A program made the translations under genes and the position numbers. A stretch of DNA of 64,000 nt, from the NCBI GenBank assembly GCA_964016885.1, contig OZ024741.1, positions 145,824,001 through 145,888,000 on the forward strand, written 5' to 3'. The notes under the pieces are model-generated. The model saw only the letters and a program-made list of their open reading frames with translations. It ran no database searches and was not told the DNA's origin. Positions 27,441 to 41,362 of this stretch are shown piece after piece; position 1 is the stretch's first letter; each line of letters starts with the position of its first letter. Source of the stretch: Eledone cirrhosa (taxonomy: Eukaryota).

Positions 27441-27741
27441 GGCTGTCCAAGTAATATGGTGGTATTTAAATCTTTATTGGTGGCAGGAGAGGGTGGTGAT
27501 TGGGATGGGTGGAGATCATTGGTTGATGGGTTTAAAGAAAAGGGAATTCTTTAAAAACTATATTTAGAGTAACAAAGGTAGAAAGAATTCTATAGACAAG
27601 TTCAAGCTGAGGGTGCCACTCCTGATTTTTAAGGTTCACTTAAGCTAACAATGGCTATAGTCAGGTGTCTACCAACACACTTACACACACACACATATAA
27701 GCCCTCACTCCAACACACACTTATACTTATATATATATATA

Positions 27742-27895
27742 TAGGAAAATATTTGACCCCGACAGCAGAGCTCAACCCGTTTCGATAGCTATTTCTGGAC
27801 TAGTCAAACATTTTCCTATTATCCACTCTACTACACTAAGTATTGAGTACTCTGGTGCGTTATGGCCCATCTGGTTCCTTACCACACCTCCTTCG

Positions 27896-27897
<2 letters not shown>
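27742..27897 (+). mobile_element. Fold-back PLE pLTR remnant, same family as 18930-19140
   Basis: Inverted segment 27742-27802, then the shared tail cattttcctatt..ccttcgtta; (TA)n flanks. Confidence 0.8.
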
Positions 27898-27929
<32 letters not shown>

Positions 27930-27933
<4 letters not shown>

Positions 27934-30609
27934 AATGAATAATAACAGGTAGACATCATGAAAAGGTAATTTATTCTGTGTGCTTACAAATGTTTCCACG
28001 GTGGTTATACAGCCTAGTTATGCTATGTGCAAATTTATAACTATTTGCAAAACTCAATTATCAAATGCTGTGACCACTGTATCATCAGAGCAGAATGGTT
28101 AAAATGTACAATGTAAATACCCTTAAGTGAGGTTATTGAGGAAGATAGAGTAGAAAAGGAAGAGAGAAAAGAAGGGGAGAGGGAGAGAGAGAGAGAGATA
28201 TGCAGGGGTTGGAGAAATGGGAGAGAGTGGTTTGTAGATATCTTAATCAAAATGTTGTGGTAGGGGTTTTATTATATTGGTTACTCTTAAAGCGACCACC
28301 TTAAGCGATGCGTTGATAGTCAAAGTTGGGATTATTTATTGCCCCAGAGGGCAGGTTCATAGATGTGGAGAGGGAGGGAGGTGAACCTAGGGCGAGAGAG
28401 AAAGAGATAGAGGGAGAGATAGAGAGGGGACAGACGAAAGCTATGGGGTGGGTGTACATTGGCTTCATAGTAGTAATCTGCGAATTGCACTAAGTTTCCA
28501 TTTATAGTGATAAGTAGGGTATTGTCTTCTAGTGTGGGGGAAGAGAAAGTGGTTAGCTAAGAAAGCAATGTTATAGTTACGGGTTCGAATGTTAAGTTAT
28601 TTTAAGGTGAGAGAATTTAGCTTTCAGTTTGTGGTTGCAGTATGATGATCGTTCGATTCTATCATTTAGTAATTTATTTTTGGATTTTAAGATGTAAAAG
28701 AATTCAAGGTTAAATAACATACAGTACTTCAATCCACTCCGATATGCACTAGCGCTGGAAAGTATATCCCATTTGAAGGTGAACTGTTGGTTGCGTTCAC
28801 GGAGTTGCCAGGTCTTGTTGGCGAGCGTGGTCACAAAACGGCGATCAGGATGTTTAATTGAGAATCCATGACGGTACCAGCGAGATTTAAAGGAGGTATT
28901 GGTAGACCCGATGTAATACCATTTCTGGTCGTTCGATTCAACAATGCATTGGTAAACAATGTTGGACTTTAGGCATTCATTCTTCAATGGACATCTCTCA
29001 TGTAGGTGGCAGTTACAGTTTTTGTTGTGGGTAGCGGGTACACCATGGATAGGTTGTGATAGCAGTACAGGTGGGTTGTGTAATACCTGTCTCCCATTTA
29101 GTGGTTGGGAGGCCGATATTACGTTATGCTTATTAAAATATTTTGTTTTGTAGTGTTGTTTAATTGCTTTAAGTTAAGTTTTTTTTATGTATGCTTCAAG
29201 GTTTGGTGCCGTGGAGTATGATAGTTTAATAGTTTTAGAGTTCAGAATTTTACTGTATTTATGGGAACTAGGGAAATGCTTGTTGATTAACTTAAATAAT
29301 GAAAGAGATAGTTTTGTACTAATCGAAGCATTAAAAATGGGATTATACCAGATATATTTTCTACAACGTGATTTATTTGGTGATGATTTTCTATTATTAG
29401 TATGTCTGGTGGTACTGCGTGTGCGCGCTTGTATTTCTGTATCTCGGTCACGTATTCCTTGATTTCGTGTAGAGCTATGTGTGTTATGGAGATTCTTATC
29501 AATGTATTCTATTGTATCCCGGTGGTCGGCATTCCTTAATGCATTATTATAGTATTCAGCATGTTCACTAAAAATCTCAGAGTCAGACGATAGGCGAGAG
29601 ATTCTAAGAGAAATACTACGGGGAACCGATTTGATCATGGAAAGTGGGTGGTTTGAGTTAAAATTGATATAGGTAAGGTTCTCATTTATCTTGTGGAAGG
29701 GTCGTATCAGTCCGGTATTTAAATTAAGAGTTACGTCTAGAAAATTTACTACTTTAAGATTGTATTCGTACGCTATTTTTAGACCCTGTTCACTAAAATA
29801 TTTTCTAATGTTTTTCCGTCGCCTTTCAAGATTTTGGTTATTTAAATTATTAACTAATAAGAGCCCGTCATCTCTATATATTCCCCCCTGTAGATTACTA
29901 AATTTACCATGTAGTATGTGGGCTATGTAAATTCCCACATGAGTCGTTGGAACCCATGGTAATGTCGAAGTTTGTGGGTATGTCGTTACGTTCCCAGTAG
30001 CAGTTATCAAACTTGATAATAGTTTTTCTAGCCTCTAGAATAATATTAATTTCCTCCTCCGTTAGGTCGGAATTGACTTTAGCAAACGATAGGGCCTTAC
30101 GTAAAGTGCCGAGTGAGATTGAAGAGTAGTATTCGTCTATGTCAAATTGTATAAACTTAGATTTATTGTTGTTCTTAACGTTATTAAACCAGCGAATTGC
30201 TTCGCTAGTGTTGCCCCATAATTTAATTTCTATTTTCTTTTTAACTTGAGTTATTACTCTGTCAAGTATATGTTTGCTAATTTTTCCTATGTCTGATTTA
30301 GAAGGGCATATAAGTCTAATCTTAGGGTTGGAGTCAAAATTTACCTTATGGTCCTTCAGGTTGAAGGTGGGGATTGCGGGTATAATCGACTCGGTTCTAT
30401 CGTCTAACTTGAGATTCTTCACCACCTTGTATGCCTCGTTGTTAATATTTGCTAGCGTAGTTTCACTTGTTTTTCTATATTTATTGTGTAGTTCCTTGCG
30501 TATGAAGTTATTGTACGTATCGATATCCATGGTATACACGTTAGAAGTCTTGTCAGCTTTCACAACAATTCCATTGGTATTTCGCAGTCTTCGGAGTAGT
30601 GCTTTCATG

Positions 30610-30610
<1 letters not shown>
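27930..30610 (-). mobile_element. Penelope-like element, 5'-truncated, with RT + GIY-YIG endonuclease and 3' HHR
   Basis: [58 protein letters not shown]; ORF broken by frameshifts into 29904-30608, 29174-30010 and 28592-28987. Confidence 0.95.
27981..28092 (-). ncRNA. Type I hammerhead with intact core and greatly extended stem II
   Basis: Minus strand TGCT-CTGATGA-tacagtggt.cacagc..gctgt.accaccgtg-GAAA-CAttTG-TA-AGCA. Confidence 0.75.
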
Positions 30611-31100
<490 letters not shown>

Positions 31101-31152
31101 TAAGTATGTATGTATACGCACATACATATATGTATACAGACGTACAGTAGCA

Positions 31153-31212
<60 letters not shown>

Positions 31213-31267
31213 TACACATATACATACAGGTACACATACATATATGTACGCATCAGTTTAGCGGTAT

Positions 31268-31310
31268 ACGGTGCTGATGATAGCTAACAAGCTTGAAACT
31301 AGTACATCGT
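31268..31310 (+). ncRNA. Minimal type I hammerhead ribozyme, GUA site
   Basis: ACGGTG-CTGATGA-tAGCTaacaAGCTt-GAAA-CTAG-TA-CATCGT; predicted cut after 31304. Confidence 0.85.
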
Positions 31311-31463
31311 TCCTGTATCAGTGTTGAATAAAAAGGTGACGTGGTTGCCTTAACACCGTGCGGTATAAATTCAGGCTGTTCAGTTTGTCTACAAACGAAC
31401 AAAGCGGGCGCTATAATAAGCGTCCGCTAAACTGATGCATACATATATGTATGTGTACCTGTA

Positions 31464-31544
<81 letters not shown>

Positions 31545-31779
31545 GCTACTGTACGTCTGTATACATATATGTATGTGCGTATACATACATACTTACATTT
31601 AAGTAAGTGCCGTACTAAGAGTGAGAAATGAAATTTCGTTTTCATTATATTACAACTCATCGTTTTCGGTGCGCCTGACCGATTTAACTCACTCGATATG
31701 CAAATTAGGCTGCTCAGCCGTTAATTTTCATAAGGAAAGTATATACTTTCGAACGTTCAACTATCTGGCAGATGGGTAT

Positions 31780-31822
31780 ACGGTGCTGATGATAGCTAAC
31801 AAGCTTGAAACTAGTACATCGT
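31780..31822 (+). ncRNA. Minimal type I hammerhead ribozyme, GUA site
   Basis: Identical to 31268-31310; predicted cut after 31816. Confidence 0.85.
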
Positions 31823-31987
31823 TCCTGTGTCAGTGTTGAACAAAAAGGTGACGTGGTTGCCTTAACACCGTGCGGCATAAATTCAGGCTGTTCAGTTTGT
31901 TTACAAACGAACAAAGCGGGCGCTATAATAAGCGTCCGCTAAACTGATGCGTACATATATGTATGTGTACCTGTATGTATATGTGTA

Positions 31988-32065
<78 letters not shown>

Positions 32066-33407
32066 ATGAAAAATTGAACAGGGACAGAACAGAGAGGCAG
32101 TACGACAAATGTTTATTAAATTCACGCTCAGGAGAGTGGGGGGTAGGTGGAGGACGACGTTTCGGGCATAAGCCCTTCTTCAGGTGAGAGTTCAAAAGGT
32201 GTGTAGGGGAGTGGTGGAGAGACATATAGCGAAAGGAAACGGTGCGAATGAAAAATTAACAAATAAAGACAAAAATATAATAAATAATAAATAAAAATAA
32301 AGCATGATCAAAATACAAGGAATGAGAACATTTAAAAATAAAGGCATGATCAAAATAAACTGAAATTAAAGGGGGGTAAACAGGTGGTGGAAGGGTGTGG
32401 GGTGAGTAGAGGTGGAGGCGGGTGGAGTGGGGAGAGGGAGACGGGGTGTCCGAGCGGGGAGGGCTGAAGGTGGTGTGTGTGGTTAGGTGTGCGTGTGTGT
32501 GTGTGTGTGTGTATGTGAAAGTGAGGGTTGGGGGAAGAACGGGGTTGCATGTTCAGGTAGGTGTGTGTGGGGGTGTTTTTGTGTGTCGGAGGGTCTGTGC
32601 GTGTGTGGATAGGGGGGTGGGGGGAGAGGAATCAGGGGGCTGAGGGTGTAAATATGTGGTGGGAAGCACGTGTGTGTGGTTTAAGCGTGTTGTGGGTGTG
32701 GGTGGCGTGTGGATAAAAAAAAATTGTTTTGGGATGTGTGTGTGGGTGAGTTATATAGGTGATGGTGTTAGAGGATGGTTGAAAGTGGTAAGTTACACGG
32801 ATGTATGGAGATTTTGGTTGGAAGTCGAACGCGTGTGGGTAATCCAAGAAGCGGTGGTCGGAAGAGGAGAGATGTGGGGTGCGCGCGCAACAGGAAGTGG
32901 TCAGCAGTGGAAGTGCTGTGGTCAGTTGGTGCTGAGACAGTGGTCGGAAGGGCATAGCAGCAGTCAGCGGAATGGTAGGGAGGCGAGGATGGGTAGGTGT
33001 GAGAGTTGGAGTGAGGAGGGTGTGTGTGTGTAGTTTGGTGAGGAGGTGTTAGTGGGTGTTAGTAGACGGGAGGTGGGGAGGGGTGGAATGCAGGTGTGAG
33101 TGGGGGTTAGTGGGGGTAGAGTGTGTAGAGTTGGTGGTGTACGAGGGTGTGTGGGTACGTGTGCGTGGGGTTGGAGGGTGTTAGTGATGTTAGTTGCGTG
33201 TGGGGTGGGTGGTGTAAGTGTGTGCGTGTGATAAGGAGGGGGGAGGAGGAGAAGAGGGGAGGGAAGGGATGTTAGTATGTTAGTTGGGGAAGGGTGGTCA
33301 GATGAGGGGTGGAGTGGAGGTGTTAGTATTGTTAGTGTGGGGTGGGCGGTGAAAAGGAGGGGTGTGTTAGTGGGGGATAAGTGGGGGAGGGGGGCGGTCG
33401 AACGCTA
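32066..33407 (-). mobile_element. Probable PLE 3'UTR/pLTR fragment nested in the retrozyme (TA)n
   Basis: HHR core at 32154-32190 followed by AATAAA on the minus strand; C-rich sense strand; splits the host repeat. Confidence 0.6.
32154..32190 (-). ncRNA. Minimal hammerhead motif with short or interrupted stem I
   Basis: Minus strand ctctcAC-CTGAAGA-aGGGCttatGCCC-GAAA-CG-TC-GT. Confidence 0.6.
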
Positions 33408-33574
33408 ATATATGCATGCTACTGTACGTCTGTATACATATATGTATGTGCGTATACATACATACTTACATTTAAGTAAGCGCCGTACTAAGAGTGAGAA
33501 ATGAAATTTCGTTTTCATTTTATTACAACTCATATATAGATATAGATATACATAATAATAATAATAATATTATT

Positions 33575-34000
33575 ATTTCTTTATTAACCACAAGGGTTTA
33601 CACAAAGTAAGACATTAAGGACAATACAGGACGGTAAAATGGGCATTTCTGCGTGTAAAAAAAACAAAAACAGAGGATGTAACAAAAAAGGAACAATGAA
33701 AAATTCCCCATAGGGGGGACTTCTGAGGGACATCGTGGAGAAAGCCCATTAAAAAAAGCCACGGTGACCCTGACCACCAGGGCAAGTGCCCTCTCCCAGT
33801 TTTTCACATTCAATTTACAGGCACATACATTCACTCGGGCCATTCTTGCCTCTCTCACCCATCTTTCAACAAAATTCTGGGAAGAGAGCACTTCCCTCTC
33901 TACCCTGATTTTCCTTTTCAAATGAAATTTGAAAAAGTTAATCAGGGCATCACCGAAGAGGTAAGTGCTCGTCTTCAGCCTTTTTAGACGCATTCACCAT
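33575..34000 (-). mobile_element. Tx1-clade LINE 3' fragment
   Basis: Reverse-complement match to 61000-61450 (LFGDALI.FFKFHLKRKIRVERE); (aat)n on both sides. Confidence 0.92.
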
Positions 34001-34028
34001 ACCACATTATAATAATTGTTTCTACTTG

Positions 34029-34153
34029 GTCACACCATAACCACACGTATTGTTAACCAGGTAATACTAGGTGTCATACCAAAGGATTGGTACAGTAGCA
34101 TCATTGTCAACTGCTACAAAGGTAAAGGTGATGCATGAGATAGAGGAAACTAT
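34029..34153 (+). mobile_element. Short RTE RT fragment
   Basis: IPKDW..SIIVNCYKGKGDA, matching 48165-48295. Confidence 0.8.
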
Positions 34154-34221
34154 CCTTTTACCAATATATCATAACTCGCGTGTTACACCTCTATTCTTTT
34201 AAATATATATATATATATATA

Positions 34222-34527
34222 AGCAATGAGATATTTAATTTGTTGGTTATTCAACAAATTTATTTATAACAGATTCGAAGCACTCTACAGTTTTCTTCTG
34301 GAGTATAATATCAATGATATTAATAAATGGAAACTATCTTTATAAAACAATATTTATTTTATTATATATATTTCAAGGGTACCACAATTTTGGTAAACTC
34401 TCATCAGATAAAATACAAATTTTGTATTTTATCTGAGCTTACCAAAATTTTGGTACCCTTGAAATATATATAATAAAATAAATATTGTTTTAGAAAGATA
34501 GTTTCCATTTATTAATATCATTGATAT
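34222..34527 (-). mobile_element. Fold-back pLTR remnant with about 105-bp arms (34308-34527) containing an HHR
   Basis: Near-perfect palindrome centred near 34420, with a single-copy tail at 34222-34307; (TA)n flanks. Confidence 0.8.
34355..34415 (-). ncRNA. Minimal type I hammerhead ribozyme
   Basis: Minus strand TATTTTAT-CTGATGA-gagtttacca..tggtaccctt-GAAA-TATATA-TA-ATAAAATA; the mirror copy on the plus strand has a core deletion. Confidence 0.75.
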
Positions 34528-34582
34528 ATGTTTATATATATATATTATATATATGTATGTATATATATGTCTATATATATAT

Positions 34583-34722
34583 AAAACCTGGAAGAGTAGG
34601 ATCAGTTTAATCTATGTTTATTATGTTGCACTCATAATCGAGGATGGTTTTGAGGCTGACCATTCACGAAACAAGTGTAACAGGATAAACACATGTTAAA
34701 CTGATCTTTCTTTTCGGGTTTG
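34583..34722 (+). repeat. Decayed fold-back repeat with HHR-like 3' half
   Basis: aaacctggaagag..gatcagtttaa pairs with ttaaactgatc..cttttcgggttt; cGAAACaagtGTA in the right arm. Confidence 0.65.
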
Positions 34723-35165
34723 TTATATTCTGTGATCCTATTTGATAATAGATAACAGTCATATCCCATTCCTTTATTACAGAAAAACTAATAGTCACCC
34801 CTTGGGTCAATACTACTTAACCTTGAATATCAAACTATCGCCTTCACTGCTGAATGTGATTAATACCAGGATTAAATACAATCCAATAAACACACATGCA
34901 CAGAGAGAGAGAGAGAGACAGGAATACAAACACAGACAGATATTGTAACTATGTGCATATGGTTCTTCACATGTCTATATGCATATGTGCATTGCTTATC
35001 ATCTACAAAACAAGAATAGATCTCACATTGCAATACTGATTACCTGTCTAATAAAATACTCTTTTTATGCATGCTTCTGTTAATTTCGAAAATATGATAT
35101 TCAGGAAATTAAACCTGGTGAAGCCAGTCCCTTTCCAGGTTGGAACATAATTGACTTACTTCTGT

Positions 35166-35206
<41 letters not shown>

Positions 35207-37654
35207 AATGTGAAAGAGAGTGACAGTAAATGTAAAAGAGAGATACAAGAATAATTTATCCCAGTACTGAACTGGTAATTTATCGACCATGAAAAGATGA
35301 AAGGCAAAGTTGAACTTGATATGATTTGAATTGATAGTGCAGAGAACCAGAATAAACGCTGCAAAATATTCTATCTGTTGTTTTAACAATTCACTAACCT
35401 ATATCTCTCTAATACTAATAAATGTGAATGCAGTATGGCTGAATAGTTAAGAGGTTAGTTTCACAATCATTAGATTCTGGCTGAATAGCATCTTGGGCGA
35501 GGGTTATGTACCCTAGTCTCGAGTTCACCCATGCCTTGTGAGTAAAATTTGGTAGATTGGAATTGTTTGGAAGCCCATCTGGTGGACTGTACCTGTAATT
35601 CATGTGTGCCATTAACATAATTCAGCATAATACATAGTATTGTGCTGAATTATGTTAAAAGTATATATGACTGTGGAATGCTAAGGCACTTATGAGTTAA
35701 TTTCATGATCAGGCTATTCTATTGCCCTAACAACTGGTACACTTATTAATGAAACTGACAGACGTCCATTCCTTTCCACAAATAAACACAAAATTTGAAT
35801 ATATCTACAGCATCTCTTCTGGCTGTCAACCAAAATATGTCCTCTTTATCTTTCCTCCAATCTATCACTTATATAGCTCTAGTCTTTGATCATTGGTGCA
35901 CATTTGATTTATTATCTTTCCACTTGAATTTCATTTGGACTAATTACCATGTACTCAATAATGATAATGGTGGCTAAATAGTGCTAAATGCTTTTAATGA
36001 CACCAATAGAACTGTTGAAATTTATTCCTTTCATTTAACATAAAGGATTGTTGAGCACAGAGGTTATGAAAGTTCAGAAGATTAGAAACTATCAGCTTCT
36101 TATAGAAAATTCAAATAAAATTATGTCGAACATAATGAAATTTGCATATCAATCTTGTATTATGTTGATTTCATGATTCATGTTATGATAGTATTTATAT
36201 TTGCGTACATATATGTGTGTGTATATATGTACATCCAGTTTAAAATCGATAAACCATGTCCACTATATTTCAATAATGTACCCTCAGATTTAGAAAAGGA
36301 AATTTTTAAAAAATGCACTGAGATATGTTTCATGTGAGAGAGTGCTCACCTAGAATGCTCTGAAAGCCCACAAACCACAAAAACCTTGTGAGTACCAAAA
36401 GCCTAGAGTGACTAACCAACAGCTGAGCACCTTCAATATTTCAGTTTTTGTTTGGGATCAGCCCCACTAACTAGAATTTGTTACTCTTTTTATTCTTCAT
36501 ATTGATTGTGATTTAACTCAACATCTTGTATTTGATGAAACTGTATTAGCATGACATTCTTGAAAAATGCAAAACAGTTCTATGACTACATCACATTAAA
36601 CATTTCATTACTCTAATACTGCAAATTTTCACAGAAATCTGTCCATTAGTAAATATACTATATATATTTGAATTCACAAAACCCGTTTTTGAGGTAAATT
36701 TTGCATAATCATTTCTGGATGCTAAGAGTTAACATGCAACAATCATTGATCAATATTTTAACAAGTTAAGGCTGTTAATTCCAATTTTTCTGATTTTAAA
36801 ATACAGTAAGTATTGCTCCTTGTAGTTTGATAAAGTTAACAAATATTCCATACTTTAGGTTCTTGTTCTGGTAAGTTAAACACTTTTCTAAAGTTGGCAT
36901 TGACTGCACTGCCTCCAGGAAAGTTAATAACCAGCATCATTCAACAATCTGTCATAAATTTGATGTTTCTTCTCATTTAAATCTCATTTAGAAAGCAAAC
37001 CATCTTGCAATACTATAGGAGTTTCTAACTTCTACATAGCTTTTGGCAAACTTGTATATATTAGTAATGTATGTATAACACTTTTCTGAAGCTTATCAAA
37101 CAAGATTTAAGACAGAGTGATGCAGATCTTATTGTTGATGAGGAGATGTCTAATAGGTTACTAACGTTCCTTTTATGAATGACAACAAACCTATAATATT
37201 ATAAATGGCATCATTACTAGAAGAGAAGGCATCAGGTTTGAACTATTTTCTTAGTAGAATTGATCTTTATTACTGATTTTCTAATGAAGAAAACATGCTG
37301 TATCAGAGGGAAACTTTTACTTATGATATGATGTGATGTGTAGCAATATAAAGTTGAAGCATTGCCAACAATGTTTTTTTCCATTCATATCCACCATAGT
37401 TATATGAGCCACCAGGAGACAGTAGACCAGTGAAATAGTAAATATGCAATTGTCGAATATGTTACAATTAGCACTCTAATGATGGCCAAGAAAACTCCAG
37501 TAATCTTTCAAATGTGAAATATATGTTTCTTTCTCTGGTAGTTAGAACAACCTATCTTCATCGTAAAGATAACAAGATTTAAATCACCAAAATGAAATGG
37601 CAATATATTTGAAACTGATTCAACATAATCCTATCGTATTTGCATATATGAAGG

Positions 37655-38045
37655 CAAGTAGCTTAGCTGTTAGGCTGCTGGACTCAGAATAGTAAGGTCA
37701 TGAGTTCACTTAACAGACTGGGTGGCATGTTGTGACCATGAGCAAGACACTTTATTTCACATTGTTCCAGTCCATTCAGCTGGAGAAAATGAGTTGCAAT
37801 GACACTGGTATCAAGCCGTGTTAGCTTTTTTCTTTCCCTTGAACAATATCACTGGTATGCAGAAACTAATATGTATGGCAACTGCTCAGGCTTGGAGAGG
37901 CATACCAAAGGTCATTTGTATATACAGTATAACTAGTCAAAAGTTAAGCGTTAAGCTGGAACTATGGACTAATTTGTTGATGTGTTTTACAAAATACTCC
38001 CTGAAGGCAATGTCCTAGCATAGCCACAATGACTGAAACTAGTAA
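37655..38045 (+). mobile_element. Old tRNA-headed SINE with CORE-like region
   Basis: gcttagctgttagg..gagttca..tgagcaagacactttatttcac; related to family B and to 50403-50705. Confidence 0.65.
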
Positions 38046-40393
38046 AATAATATGCATCTTGTTTGAGGTGTTATTTCATAACTGTGTAATACTGCGAAAG
38101 CTGAGATAATTTTAATCCCATCTCATTTATGTAGGATTCCTCACACATCTGAGATGAAAGCTGCTTTCCAAACATATGACTTTCATTTACAAAAAATTAC
38201 AGCCTATAATTTTAAAATAATCAATAATTTTGAAAGATTTAGTAATATAACTAACTTTCTTACATAAAATTATAATAGAAAAGTATAAAAACTTTAAAGC
38301 AAGCAGTATTGTGCCATAGAACCAGTTTGGTATCAGAAGGGTTAATGTCCCAAGCCTAGCCCTGGTTTTTCAATATCTCAGAGCAACCTGTGCATGTCCT
38401 ATCAATACCTGGGACATTACACACTGGCAATTGATGCACTAGAAACAAGTGAATCAGAATACTAAATAAAGACAAAGAATAAAAAAAATTCAAGGAAGTT
38501 AACAACATATTTGGCTAATAACTGTAAATAGCAAGAGAACCTTAATTTCCTAATTAACTGATAGAAAATGTTCAGGTGAGACAACTAATAGCGCTTTCAA
38601 TTACACTAAAACAGATTGGATTAAGAAAGTTATACATCATGAGCTCACTGTAACATTACAGCCCATTGGGAACAATCAGGAAATGATAAAGTGTATGGCT
38701 CAGAACTTGATAAGAGTATAGAATGACAGAGTTTACTGGAATTTCATAAAATTAAAATTTAGTAACAATTACAACAACACCAACAACTATAAAGAAACTT
38801 TCATAGTTAATTACATTAAAATGAATTTCAATCATTTCAAGAAACAATTAGCTGTACATTAAGTTGTTTGTTTTGGAGTAAATTGTCAGAAATTAATGAC
38901 CAACAGCTAAATAAATGAACAAGCTAATCCATTGAGAAATTACTACAGGATTAATAGTTAATAATCTTAATGACAAAAGAAACAGGGGCTAATTAATTGC
39001 CTATTTGTTCCTATTTAAGAGATCTCTTTTCTAAGAGTTTTATTTCATGTATTGTATATGGTTATATAATGTGCTTATTCTTGAAATATCCTCAACCAAA
39101 ATGATATAGAATGATTTCAAAACAAAATGGCAAATACCAGTAAAAAATAGCTGCTGTCCACCATTAAGTATTCTTTTGGAAGGTGATAAAAAAAAAGAAA
39201 ATTAAAGAAAATAAAGTTTTGAGGTCATGAAAAAGATTATTCAAATATATCTTTTACAATTATTAGTCTATTCTTCATGTCACAGAATATTATCAGAAGC
39301 AACAATTTTGTCTTTGATTAAGAACAGCCACATTACATTTACGTGTCATTTCAATCTTTCTGAGATAGTTGCTATTTGTAAAGAAAATATTTTTACATTT
39401 CATCTTATATATATAGTTCATTAGATGGAGAAAATCTTTCATCCTTCTATTTTGGCAGAAATGATACCCTTAGCTTTTGTTGGAACTTGTGTGTGAAATC
39501 AGTGGTCTTTCACTCAAGAAAGAAATTGCTTTGATTCTTACAATGTAGGCTATTTATTATCAGAATTCATTTCCAATACTAATTATTCTAGAAAACAAAA
39601 TATACATTCAAATAGAAAGAATATCAAGTATTCAAAAGAAAAAAAAATATATATATATGGTAGCAGGGAAAATGGATGTTAAATGATGATGATGGTGATA
39701 TGTGTGTGTGTGCGTGAGAAAGAGAGAGAGATAAATCTCCATAAAACATTTTGTTTTGTAATCATCAAGACACAAAGTTTTTGCGTGAGAAAAGTGAATT
39801 AAGATAGAGATTTTATTGTATTTTAATTCATGACAACTTAACTACAAAAGAAAAATGTTTCAGCAATATATATTTAAAACACTTTCTAGAACTTTCTCAC
39901 TCAGCAAGTCTGATATAGAAAACTCTGTAATGGAATTAAGTTGGATTTTCGTGCTTTTACATCTAATATGCACAAGCAATAAATATACATACACACTAAT
40001 CTAATGAGGGAGCATCTATGTAGTCGCCCTATATATAATAACTGCTAAATCTCCTTAAATCTCACCCTACTGGTGTATAAAAGGAAACCTACATTAAATC
40101 ATGTATTCTTAGATATACTACACTTAAAAACAAAATGGAACAGATATGTTGGGGATACCATTAATCATAGGTTATGCAATCAGGGCAGACATGGAGTTAA
40201 AAAAGGATAATATTAACAAAGGGTATACAGTGCAAAATATCTACAACATTTATGTGGGTATAACAATATATACATTGTACCTCTACATGTAAGCAATGAC
40301 TAAAGGAACCACATGTTGAATATGAAGTCTCTCACGGGACCTACAAGGCTAACCTATGCAAGGAAAATGACTTTAAATTACTTATTGTGTTAA

Positions 40394-40629
40394 CCCATTT
40401 GTTACCATATTTCTAATGCCTATAATTTTCAAATAATATTGAAATTAATCAAGAATTTCAGGGAATTTAGCAACATAAACTTTCTTAGGGTGGTGTTTGA
40501 AATGTAATTTAACAAAAATACTGACATTAATTATGATAGAAGGCTTTTAGATACTTGTGAATACTTTAAATCAAAAAGCTTTATATTGTAGATCTGGGAG
40601 TGGTTTCAGTTGGTTTGGTAGAAGAAAAA
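40394..40629. mobile_element. piggyBac-like AT-rich MITE
   Basis: TTAA-cccatttgttaccatatttctaatg..; same family as 8790 and 13719. Confidence 0.5.
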
Positions 40630-40890
40630 TTAACATATTCAATTATAGTTTATAATTTGATCATATTTTGGGAGGTTGATTCTCATGAAAACAATGCATC
40701 AAGTTTTCATATATATTAATGGCAAGTGTTAGACATTAATGTCTGAGTACTAGAATTTATCTGTGAAGCAGACGAGATGATACACAGATTAACAATGTAT
40801 TCAATATCACATATATGTATGGACTTGTAACTCTTGGTGGAGTTCTAAGGATACCATAGTGACATATGGCATATATATATTGTGTATATA

Positions 40891-41228
40891 TCATCATCAT
40901 TTCATTTTACGTCCACTTTTCCCTGCTTGCAAGGGTGGGACGGGAACTGATTCTGGCTTGATTTTTACAGCTGGATGTCCTTCCTAACACCAACCTCATT
41001 TACAGTGAGTGCTGGGTGCTTTTTTTGCCGTGGCACCTCCACGACTACTTTGCAGTGGAATGATAGGGATCCCAGTCCCTATCATCTCATTTCTACAGCT
41101 GAGTAAACTGGAGCAATGTGAAATAAAGTGTCTTGCTCAAGGAAACAACACATCACTCGGTCTGAGAATTGAACTCACAACCTTTCCATTGCAAGCCCAA
41201 TGCTCTAACCACTAAGCCATGTGCCTCC
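40891..41228 (-). mobile_element. SINE family B with RTE-derived tail
   Basis: Highly similar to 15914-16253. Confidence 0.88.
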
Positions 41229-41321
41229 ATTTGCCTCCATATATATATAAATATTACATATACATATACATACATATATACATATACATATATACACATA
41301 CATACACACGCACACACACAA

Positions 41322-41362
<41 letters not shown>

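Noticed and set aside
33040-33380. Telomeric repeat remnant
   Set aside because: gttag motifs are scattered and do not form TTAGGG arrays
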